Source of the DNA: an uncultured Gammaproteobacteria bacterium
GTDB taxonomy: Bacteria; Patescibacteriota; Patescibacteriia; Magasanikbacterales; GWA2-37-8
DNA length: 64,000 nucleotides
Direction of reading: 5' to 3'
Assembly: GCA_964540825.1 (NCBI GenBank)
Contig: CAZINT010000002.1
Location: 64,477-128,476, forward strand
Below the pieces are notes generated by a model. It did not search any database. It was not told the DNA's origin and saw nothing but the letters and a program-made list of their open reading frames with translations. The translations under genes and the position numbers were made by a program. Positions 56,704 to 64,000 of the stretch are shown here, one piece after another (within the stretch, counting starts at the first letter, position 1; each line of letters opens with the position of its first letter).

Positions 56704-57198
56704 TTAGCGCTGCACATTCACAGCGGCCGCTCCCCCGCCGTCACAGGTAATATGGTTAAGTCCGAGCGTTTGAGGATTGACCAGCTTGTACCCATAACCG
56801 CCCACAGTATAGGTAACGGTACCAACTTTTATCTTGTGCGCTTTGCTATCACGGTTGTCGAGCATGAAAACAGTCCCCCGTTTAAGGGTAAGCGAACCCG
56901 GGTTGCCAGCGCAATTTACGAATTGAAAATAAGCACCTCGTGAACGATAGTCATTAAGCGCCTTTTCATAGTCAGTAGATGCCGACGTTGGCGGGCGAAC
57001 CGCAGCGCCTGCGGGAGTCTCTGCAGGAATTATTTCTTCCGGGGCCGTTGGCGTTTGAGGAACCGGGCGCTGAATTCCATTTAAGCTAGCAACAGAGCCT
57101 TCGGTTGGAACATACACCCGAATCCAAACAAAATACCCAATAATAAAAAGTGCAACCGCGCCAATTCCCGCTAAAATATAAGTGGTATTTTTTTTCAT
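56704..57198 (-). CDS. hypothetical membrane-anchored protein (N-terminal TM, Pro/Thr-rich linker, C-terminal globular domain)
   Basis: ORF with N-terminal hydrophobic helix ILAGIGAVALFIIGYFVWI. Confidence 0.5.
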   Translation of the reverse strand: MKKNTTYILAGIGAVALFIIGYFVWIRVYVPTEGSVASLNGIQRPVPQTPTAPEEIIPAETPAGAAVRPPTSASTDYEKALNDYRSRGAYFQFVNCAGNPGSLTLKRGTVFMLDNRDSKAHKIKVGTVTYTVGGYGYKLVNPQTLGLNHITCDGGGAAAVNVQR

Positions 57199-57201
57199 AT
57201 A

Positions 57202-57555
57202 TTAATTGGCTTTCTTAAATTTAACACTAAAAATTGGATCGTAGGTATTGTGGTATTCATCTTGAACTTCCACCTGCTCGCCTTTCATCATAAGTGATAA
57301 AGCCGCGTCGCTGAGAAGTACAAGGTCGGATTCCAAGTCTGTCTTATACGCGTCAAGCTGATTAAACTCGCTGGTAAATTGTGCTTTAGTATTTTCTTCA
57401 ATCTGTTTTTTCTTTTCCCGAAGCGCTTTCATTTTTTCCATTACTTCTTTATATTCAAGCGATGTTTCGAGCGCATCTTTATAAACGCTTTTTAAATCTT
57501 TTTGCTTTTTTCTATTTTCCTGCATGCGGGAAAAAATTTCTTGAACGTCCACCAT
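57202..57555 (-). CDS. hypothetical coiled-coil protein (117 aa)
   Basis: K/E-rich heptad-like sequence; 3-nt gap to the downstream gene. Confidence 0.45.
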   Translation of the reverse strand: MVDVQEIFSRMQENRKKQKDLKSVYKDALETSLEYKEVMEKMKALREKKKQIEENTKAQFTSEFNQLDAYKTDLESDLVLLSDAALSLMMKGEQVEVQDEYHNTYDPIFSVKFKKAN

Positions 57556-57708
57556 AGAAAAGTGATTTTAAATCTTAATGGCATCAGTATACCATGGAAG
57601 TGCTCGCATGCTCAACAAAAAATTCCTAGTTATGCACCTAAAAACCCTTGACAAAACGCTTAACCAGCGTAGCGTATGTGCCAGTTCTTTTTGGGAGGAA
57701 CTTGTATA

Positions 57709-57993
57709 ATGTCAGGTTTTACAAAAGCACTACGCGCACTTACCAATCCTTGCATGCGTCCCGGTCAGGAGCCCGGCAAGCTCTGTACGGGACTTCGGAT
57801 TGTTCCGGGTGATCAAGTCGTCCGAAAAGAAGACCCGCCAAAAGTGGCCGCACAACGTCTGCAAGTCGTGGAAGGGGCAGACCACGACATGTTCGCAGTC
57901 TGCGACGAGTGCGGCGATTGCAGGAGAATCGGGAGTGTTTCCCAAATCCTGGGACTGGCACCTCCCAAGGCCCTCACCACCTGTGAGGAATAA
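57709..57993 (+). CDS. hypothetical Cys-containing small protein (94 aa) in a GC-rich island
   Basis: GGGAGG 9 nt upstream of ATG 57709; 6 Cys including CDECGDC; GC-rich codons; followed by a GC hairpin. Confidence 0.45.
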   Translation: MSGFTKALRALTNPCMRPGQEPGKLCTGLRIVPGDQVVRKEDPPKVAAQRLQVVEGADHDMFAVCDECGDCRRIGSVSQILGLAPPKALTTCEE

Positions 57994-58007
57994 CCACCCT
58001 TACCAAA

Positions 58008-58034
58008 GCGGGCGCAGCGAAGACGCTGCCCCGC
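58008..58034 (+). terminator. GC-rich hairpin after the 94-aa ORF
   Basis: GCGGGCGCAGCG-aaga-CGCTGCCCCGC followed by TTGTTCAT. Confidence 0.45.
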
Positions 58035-58044
58035 TTGTTCATAT

Positions 58045-59022
58045 CTAAAGGATACTTTGGTGCTCCTGAACAATAGCTTCGACTTCATCGGCATTTTCCG
58101 CTTCCATGAGTTTCACGCGTAATTCTTTCGCTCCGTCAAAGCCATTCACATACGCCTTATAGTGTTTTTTCATTAAGGCAAAACTTTTTTTCTCACCGAG
58201 TAATTTTTCAAACAGATGCGTGTGCTCAACCAGTACGCGCGTTTTTTCTTCCGGCGTAATTGTCTTGTAATCTCGTTCGCGATTAAATAACCACGGATTG
58301 CCAAAAATTCCTCGCCCAATCATAACACCGTCACAACCGGTTTCGCGAACGCGTTGATTGGCTTCGTCTAAGTCTTTTACATCGCCATTTCCCAAAATAA
58401 GCGTCTTGTCCGAAGACGAATCATACTTATCGCGAATGGCTACGGCCCGCGCAATTTCTTCCCAGTGCGCCGGTACGAGTGACATTTCTTTTTTAGTGCG
58501 GGCATGCAGTGTAATTGCGGCTGGTTCTGCTTCGAGCAAATTGGGTAACCAGGTATCAAGTACATTTTTATTATACCCAAGGCGCGTTTTAACCGAGACC
58601 GGCAATTTGCCAGCACCTCGTTTGGTGGCCGCAATAATTTCTTTCGCTAATTCCGGATACTGGATAAGCGCCGCACCCGAGCATTGTTTACCGCTGATGC
58701 TACGCTCAGGGCAGCCCATATTAATATCGATACCGTCAAAACCAAGTTCTTGAACCAAAAGAGCAGTTTGGTAAAAATTTTCCGGTTTCGAGCCAAAAAC
58801 CTGAGCAATAATCGGGCGCTCCGATTCGTCATAGATGAAATCGGTTAGCAGCTCAGCTCTACCCGGCGAACATAAGCCGTCGCACGAAACAAATTCCGTC
58901 CAGAGCACATCAGGCTTGCCGTACTTGGCAATAATAAATCGAAAAGCCGCGTCCGTGACATTGGCCATGGGCGCGAGGACAAAAATGGGTTTGGGTAAGT
59001 TTTTCCAAAAGCCTTGAACCAT
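58045..59022 (-). CDS. tRNA-dihydrouridine synthase (DusB-like)
   Basis: N-terminal FVLAPMANVTDAAFR, TIM-barrel FMN-binding motifs, C-terminal helical domain. Confidence 0.85.
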   Translation of the reverse strand: MVQGFWKNLPKPIFVLAPMANVTDAAFRFIIAKYGKPDVLWTEFVSCDGLCSPGRAELLTDFIYDESERPIIAQVFGSKPENFYQTALLVQELGFDGIDINMGCPERSISGKQCSGAALIQYPELAKEIIAATKRGAGKLPVSVKTRLGYNKNVLDTWLPNLLEAEPAAITLHARTKKEMSLVPAHWEEIARAVAIRDKYDSSSDKTLILGNGDVKDLDEANQRVRETGCDGVMIGRGIFGNPWLFNRERDYKTITPEEKTRVLVEHTHLFEKLLGEKKSFALMKKHYKAYVNGFDGAKELRVKLMEAENADEVEAIVQEHQSIL

Positions 59023-59143
59023 ATAAAGCCTTTATTTTAGCGATTCTACATACTAACGAGTTCCCTCACTACTGTCAATTAGTGTGTTTGTTACATTTTT
59101 AGAATAGTGTTATTATACCAGAGTTTTAAAGGAGTCTATCTTT

Positions 59144-61555
59144 TTGTATATGAATAAAAATTCGCTACCAACGATTCTGGTAATCTTGGGCGCAACCGGC
59201 GATTTGATGACTAAAAAAATTGTCCCCGCGCTTTTTCATTTACACCTTGAAAATAATTTACCGGCTTTATTTCAAATTGTCGGCTATTCTCACCGCGCAC
59301 TTAACAACGACTCCTTTCGGGAACACCTAAAAGCAATTATTGAAAAAGACCCCCGTTACAATATAACCGACCCCGCAGAAGTCGGAAAATTTTTACACCG
59401 CTTTGTTTTTCAGCAAGGAGATTTTGAAAAACAGTCCGACTACGTTGCGCTGGCCAAGCGCTTGGGCGCAACGGATGTAGAATGGAAAGCCTGCTCGAAT
59501 AAATTGTTTTACCTCGCTGTTCCTCCGGACTTCTTGAAAACAATCGTTAATCACCTGGCGTCTTCGGAACTCACCAAACCCTGTTCCCCCGAAGAGGGCT
59601 GGACCCGGGTCTTGGTTGAAAAGCCTTTTGGGCGCGATTTGGCTACTGCAGAAAAACTGGATGAACTTCTCGGCAAACTTTTTAAAGAGGAACAAATTTA
59701 TCGCATCGACCACTATTTGGCCAAAGAAATGCTTCAGAATATTTTGACGTTTCGTTTTTCCAACAATCTCTTTGAAAAAATTTGGAACAATCAGTTTATC
59801 GAGCAGATTGAAATTAAACTGTGGGAAACTTTAGGCGTAGAACTCCGCGGACCGTTTTATGATGGTGTTGGGGCGCTACGCGATATGGGACAAAATCATA
59901 TCATGCAGATGCTGGCACTCGTTACCATGGAACGACCTAATGCTTTTACGGCCGCTGCGATTCGCGATCAGCGCGTGGCAATTTTAAAAACACTTCCCGA
60001 GCTTACCAAAAAAGAAGTTGCGGAAAATACGCTTCGCGCACAGTATGAAAGCTACCAGACGATTAAAGGCGTATCCCCCACTTCTACCACTGAGACCTAT
60101 TTTAAAGTTAAAACGGAACTGACGTCACCCCGCTGGAAGGGCGTGCCGATTATTATGGAAAGCGGCAAACGCATGGGCGAAAAGAAAAAAGAAATTATTA
60201 TAACCTTTAAACACGCTGCCCCGTGCCTGTGCCCGCCCGGCGACAAGCACAACAAAAATCAAATTATTTTTGGGCTTGATCCGGTAGAAGGTATTACGAT
60301 TAAGTTCTGGTCAAAAGTTCCCGGGCTTGATTTTAAAATCAACGAACGCACCATCGACTTCATGCTCCGCACGGAAGCAAGCACATCACAGTATGTTGAA
60401 GAATATAAAAAACTTTTGCTTGACAGCATAACGGGCGACCAAACACTCTTCAATGATACGCGCGAAGTACGCGAAATGTGGCGGTTTATCGATTCGATTA
60501 GCGATGTTTGGACAAAACAAATTCCAAAACTCCAAAGCTATGCGCCTGATACAAATACCATCGCAACCACCCACACTTTTGGATCACTCGAAAATACTTC
60601 GAAAGCCCCGCTTAAAAAAATGGGTTTAATCGGTCTTGGTAAAATGGGCGGCAACTTAGCGAGACGTTTGCACTCTCAAGGATGGGACATCACCGCCTTC
60701 AATCGCACTGCCGAAGTTACCCGAGAAATTGAAACCGAAGGAATTAACGGCGCGTATTCGCTACCTGATCTCGTCAAAAGCCTACCAACTCCACGCATTA
60801 TTTGGCTGATGGTGCCTGCAGGTAAACCGGTTGACGACATGCTGTTCGGTAAAACTGGACTCGTACCACTCCTTAAAAAAGGTGATATTGTTATTGACGG
60901 CGGAAATTCATTTTATGGCGACGCCGCTAAACGGGCAGCAAAACTCAAAAAGTTCGGTATACACTTTTTGGACTGTGGTACATCAGGGGGACCAGGCGGC
61001 GCACTGGCCGGCCCATGCCTCATGATCGGCGGAGAACGAAAAATATTTGAAAAAATTGAATATCTCTTCCGCGATTTGGCTGCCCCTGACGCCTATCAAT
61101 TCTTTGATGGGTTCGGCGCCGGGCATTTTGTGAAGATGGTTCACAATGGTATCGAATACGGCATGATGCAAGCCCTGGCCGAAGGATTTGCGGTGATGAA
61201 AAAATCCAAGTTTAAACTTGATTTAGAAAAGGTGACTGATATTTATAACCATGGCAGCGTTATTGAATCGAGACTCGTCGGCTGGCTAGCTTCCGGCTTT
61301 AAAGCCTACGGACAGGATTTGAAAGGCATATCCGGGTCAGTGAACTACACCGGCGAAGGAGAATGGACAGTGCAAGCAGCCAAAAAATTAAAAGTTCCAG
61401 CGCCAGTTATTGAAGATTCATTTAAATTCCGCGTGGCATCACAAAAAAAACCAAGTTACACGGGGCAGCTCTTGTCGACACTGCGCAATCAATTTGGCGG
61501 GCACAACGCAGTACACACCAAGGCAGCCAAACCTCTAGTTAAAAAGAAAAAATAA
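59144..61555 (+). CDS. fusion protein: glucose-6-phosphate 1-dehydrogenase (N-terminal about 490 aa) + 6-phosphogluconate dehydrogenase-like domain (C-terminal about 300 aa)
   Basis: G6PD motifs ILGATGDLMTKK and RIDHYLAKE; C-terminal MGLIGLGKMGGNLARRL NAD(P)-binding N-terminus of 6PGDH and GTSGGPGGALAGPCLMIGG; single uninterrupted ORF. Confidence 0.85.
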   Translation: MYMNKNSLPTILVILGATGDLMTKKIVPALFHLHLENNLPALFQIVGYSHRALNNDSFREHLKAIIEKDPRYNITDPAEVGKFLHRFVFQQGDFEKQSDYVALAKRLGATDVEWKACSNKLFYLAVPPDFLKTIVNHLASSELTKPCSPEEGWTRVLVEKPFGRDLATAEKLDELLGKLFKEEQIYRIDHYLAKEMLQNILTFRFSNNLFEKIWNNQFIEQIEIKLWETLGVELRGPFYDGVGALRDMGQNHIMQMLALVTMERPNAFTAAAIRDQRVAILKTLPELTKKEVAENTLRAQYESYQTIKGVSPTSTTETYFKVKTELTSPRWKGVPIIMESGKRMGEKKKEIIITFKHAAPCLCPPGDKHNKNQIIFGLDPVEGITIKFWSKVPGLDFKINERTIDFMLRTEASTSQYVEEYKKLLLDSITGDQTLFNDTREVREMWRFIDSISDVWTKQIPKLQSYAPDTNTIATTHTFGSLENTSKAPLKKMGLIGLGKMGGNLARRLHSQGWDITAFNRTAEVTREIETEGINGAYSLPDLVKSLPTPRIIWLMVPAGKPVDDMLFGKTGLVPLLKKGDIVIDGGNSFYGDAAKRAAKLKKFGIHFLDCGTSGGPGGALAGPCLMIGGERKIFEKIEYLFRDLAAPDAYQFFDGFGAGHFVKMVHNGIEYGMMQALAEGFAVMKKSKFKLDLEKVTDIYNHGSVIESRLVGWLASGFKAYGQDLKGISGSVNYTGEGEWTVQAAKKLKVPAPVIEDSFKFRVASQKKPSYTGQLLSTLRNQFGGHNAVHTKAAKPLVKKKK

Positions 61556-61573
61556 TTATCTAAGTACTTTTGT

Positions 61574-63421
61574 ATGTCGCAGACTCCAACTTCCGAATTG
61601 CAAAAATTAGCCACGCTCATTCGATATTTTATTTTGACTTCGACCACTGACGCAGGCTCAGGGCACGCCACTTCATCACTTTCTGCCACCGACCTTCTCA
61701 CGGTCCTTATGTTTGGAGGGTTCTTTAAAGCTGATCTTAAGAATCCCAAGAATCCCAACAATGACCGGCTTATTTTTTCCAAAGGCCATGCTTCCCCACT
61801 GTTTTACTCGCTTTACGCAGCAGCCGGCGCAATCGAAGCCAGCGAACTTGATACACTCCGCAAATTCGGGAGTCGCCTGGAAGGCCATCCTACGCTCATG
61901 TTTCCCTATACAGAAGTGCCGACCGGCTCACTCGGCCAAGGACTGTCTGTGGGGCTTGGCATGGCGTTGAATGCCAAATACTTAGACAAAACTTCGTATC
62001 GCACCTATGTGCTTTTGGGTGATAGCGAAATGGCGGAAGGGTCGGTTTGGGAAGCTCTGGAATCAGCCGCATTCTATAAAACCAATAATCTTGTTGCCAT
62101 TATTGATGTGAATCGCCTTGGCCAGCGCGGTGAAACGATGCTTGGCTATGACATGGAAAGTTATTACAAAAAGGTAACTGCCTTTGGTTGGAACGCTGCT
62201 GTTATTGATGGACATTCTTTGGAAGAAATCGCCGCAGCTTTTTCGCAAGCCGAAAAGAGCGATAAACCATTTTGTATTATCGCCAAAACAGTCAAAGGAA
62301 AAGGTGTTTCTTTTTTGGAAAATAAAGACGGCTGGCACGGCAAAGCACTTTCACAAGAAGAACTACAAAAAGCATTGCCTGAACTTGGTCAAATTAACAT
62401 GGATGTTCGAGGCGCCGTAGCTGCACCAGAAAAAAATGGTGTTACAAAAAAACGTACCGCAATCAAGGTTGCTGTGACAGACTATACCGACGGTAAATTA
62501 GTCTCAACGCGAAAGGCTTATGGCAACGCCTTGCTAAATTTAGCACCAGCATTTGAAAATCTTGTTGTGCTTGACGCCGAAACAAGCAATTCAACATATG
62601 CCGAAACCATGAAAAAAGTTGCTCCGGAACGGTTTTTTGAAATGTATATTGCTGAACAAAATATGGTTGGTACAGCACTTGGAATGGCCAAGCGCGGCAA
62701 AATTCCGCTTGTTTCAACCTTTGCAGCATTTTTTAGCCGCGCCTTTGATCAAATCCGCATGAGCCAGTATGCAGGCGCTCACATGGTGTTTGTCGGCTCC
62801 CATGCTGGCGTATCTATTGGTGAAGATGGTGCTTCACAAATGGCCCTTGAAGATATTGCCTTATTTAGAACGCTGCATAATAGCGCCGTACTCTACCCGA
62901 GCGATGCTATCAGCACAGAGGGATGCGCTCAAGAAGCCGCCAAGCATGAAGGGATTGTCTATATCCGTACCACGCGCAAAGATACCCCGGTCCTCTACCC
63001 CCAGACTGAGACATTTCCCATTGGGGGCAGCAAAACGTTGCGCGCTAGTCCTGCGGACACGGTAACGCTTGTAGGCGCCGGAATAACTGTTCACGAAGCA
63101 CTCACTGCGCATGACAAGCTTATAAAAGAAGGAATTACAGCTAGAGTTATTGATCTGTATAGTGTTAAACCGCTTGATACAACCACCCTTCGTAAAGCTG
63201 CGACAGACACCGGCCACGTGATTGTTATCGAAGATCACTATGCCGAAGGCGGAATTGCCGAAGCAGTTCGTTCAGCACTTGGGGAAATGGCGGGAGCAGT
63301 GACCAGCCTCGCTGTGACCAAACAACCCAAGAGCGGTAAGCCTGAAGAACTGCTTGATTACGAAGGCATCTCGGCAAACGCGATTGTAAACACAGTTAAA
63401 GAATTGCTTGCCAGAAAATAA
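61574..63421 (+). CDS. tkt: transketolase
   Basis: TPP-binding N-terminal region with GSGHATSS and GDSEMAEG; pyrimidine-binding and C-terminal domains present. Confidence 0.9.
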   Translation: MSQTPTSELQKLATLIRYFILTSTTDAGSGHATSSLSATDLLTVLMFGGFFKADLKNPKNPNNDRLIFSKGHASPLFYSLYAAAGAIEASELDTLRKFGSRLEGHPTLMFPYTEVPTGSLGQGLSVGLGMALNAKYLDKTSYRTYVLLGDSEMAEGSVWEALESAAFYKTNNLVAIIDVNRLGQRGETMLGYDMESYYKKVTAFGWNAAVIDGHSLEEIAAAFSQAEKSDKPFCIIAKTVKGKGVSFLENKDGWHGKALSQEELQKALPELGQINMDVRGAVAAPEKNGVTKKRTAIKVAVTDYTDGKLVSTRKAYGNALLNLAPAFENLVVLDAETSNSTYAETMKKVAPERFFEMYIAEQNMVGTALGMAKRGKIPLVSTFAAFFSRAFDQIRMSQYAGAHMVFVGSHAGVSIGEDGASQMALEDIALFRTLHNSAVLYPSDAISTEGCAQEAAKHEGIVYIRTTRKDTPVLYPQTETFPIGGSKTLRASPADTVTLVGAGITVHEALTAHDKLIKEGITARVIDLYSVKPLDTTTLRKAATDTGHVIVIEDHYAEGGIAEAVRSALGEMAGAVTSLAVTKQPKSGKPEELLDYEGISANAIVNTVKELLARK

Positions 63422-63470
63422 ATAACATGGTACTATCTAGGTATTATAAAACCTTCTAAATCACGTTTGT

Positions 63471-63584
63471 ATGAACAGCGCTCTCAAGGCTCGGATGAAC
63501 CAAGCCAAAAAGAATACGAAAATCGGCAAAAAACTTAAGAAAAAAACCAAGCACATCGTTAAGAAAAAAATCATCAAAACCTAA
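63471..63584 (+). CDS. putative 37-aa Lys-rich small protein
   Basis: ATG 63471, translation MNSALKARMNQAKKNTKIGKKLKKKTKHIVKKKIIKT, TAA stop, followed 13 nt later by a strong terminator; AT-rich -10-like TATTATAAA upstream. Confidence 0.35.
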   Translation: MNSALKARMNQAKKNTKIGKKLKKKTKHIVKKKIIKT

Positions 63585-63597
63585 ACTACCTGCTACA

Positions 63598-63629
63598 GCG
63601 ATCGGTTACACTAACCGATCGCTTTTTTT
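63598..63629 (+). terminator. rho-independent terminator
   Basis: AGCGATCGGTT-acact-AACCGATCGCT followed by TTTTTTT. Confidence 0.85.
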
Positions 63630-63685
63630 ATACCACAAAAGCTCAATAAAAAAACCGACTTTAGAGGCTAAAGTCGGTATAATTT

Positions 63686-63985
63686 TTATTCAGTTTTTTC
63701 AGCAGGCGCTTCTTCTGCAGGCATTACTTCATAACCATCTTCATGATAGACGCTCCATTTCTTTTTAACTTCCCGCAGTAATTTATTTTTCCAATAATTC
63801 ATGAGGCTTTTCTTTTCAGCATACTCACCAACGGCTTCTGAAGCTAATTCACAAAACTTATCTTCGGTAACATCAGTAACATTTTGTAATTTACGTTTTA
63901 CCTGCAAGTACACTGTGTAGACTTGAAATTCCCACCACTTGCGTTTAAGCTCGCGAATAATAATATCTTTCATCTCAAAAGCCAT
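63686..63985 (-). CDS. hypothetical protein (99 aa)
   Basis: complete ORF near the window edge; no recognisable motif. Confidence 0.4.
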   Translation of the reverse strand: MAFEMKDIIIRELKRKWWEFQVYTVYLQVKRKLQNVTDVTEDKFCELASEAVGEYAEKKSLMNYWKNKLLREVKKKWSVYHEDGYEVMPAEEAPAEKTE

Positions 63986-64000
63986 TTCTTTGCGCTTGGC

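Noticed and set aside
1-64000. CRISPR arrays, rRNA or tRNA genes, IS elements or transposases
   Set aside because: No regularly spaced direct repeats, no rRNA-like conserved blocks, no tRNA T-arm or anticodon-arm patterns in intergenic regions, and no DDE or HTH transposase-like ORFs were seen on manual reading. A tRNAscan or Rfam run would be needed for certainty.

Overview
This 64 kb window looks like a contiguous chromosomal segment of a small-genome, low-GC (about 45%) bacterium. The gene content and domain architecture are compatible with a CPR/Patescibacteria-like organism (for example Saccharibacteria-like). The lineage call is an inference, not a database match.

The window is dominated by housekeeping genes.

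- An ABC exporter lies at the left edge (5' end at the window boundary).
- rlmN is followed by a UvrD-like helicase fused to a Cas4/AddB-type Fe-S nuclease domain, then a translationally coupled DUF721 gene.
- mreB, mreC, mreD and mrdA (PBP2) form a tight operon, followed by greA, lysS, a TagD-like cytidylyltransferase, an RdgB-NUDIX fusion, serS, mscL, alr and an FtsQ-like gene.
- A XerC/D-family tyrosine recombinase and a histidine phosphatase follow.
- A long minus-strand operon runs wecG/tagA-like, SPFH, gltX, an M23 peptidase, ddl, five small hypothetical proteins and an FAD oxidoreductase, then an aldo/keto reductase.
- A DUF218-like gene and clpB sit behind a CIRCE-like inverted repeat.
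- Next come a large secreted DD-carboxypeptidase, a LigB-family protein, a PriA-like protein with degenerate ATPase motifs, def and fmt.
- A cell-surface glycan cluster contains an O-antigen-ligase-like protein, a GT2, a GT4 and a Wzx flippase.
- A ribosomal block contains rpsI, rplM, rplQ, an rpoA without an alpha-CTD, rpsD, rpsK, rpsM, rpmJ and infA.
- The right end holds a GtrA-like gene, alaS (short form), mnmA, dusB-like, a Zwf-Gnd fusion and tkt.

Promoters matching TTGACA-N16-18-TATACT and clean rho-independent terminators are readable throughout.

The most unusual signal is a set of at least five short GC-rich (about 60-68% GC) islands embedded in the roughly 45% GC background. They lie at about 1.8-2.1, 19.4-20.0, 34.5-35.0, 46.5-47.9 and 57.7-58.0 kb. 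Each carries one to three small genes with strong Shine-Dalgarno sites, its own promoter-like sequence and GC-rich hairpin flanks. The encoded products are mostly secreted or Cys/Pro/Arg-rich small proteins. They look like horizontally acquired cassettes, possibly from a high-GC donor; this is speculation.

Other notable items are listed below.

- A CIRCE-like variant operator lies upstream of the DUF218-clpB unit.
- Three unusual domain fusions are present: Zwf-Gnd, RdgB-NUDIX and a helicase-nuclease.
- A family of paralogous small proteins with a shared FxGEIVS...KKA motif is clustered around an FAD oxidoreductase.
- A tiny promoter, 18-bp palindrome, SD and 7-codon ORF unit lies downstream of the aldo/keto reductase gene.
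- A tandem YacG-like zinc-ribbon protein is present.

No rRNA, tRNA, CRISPR array or transposase was recognised.
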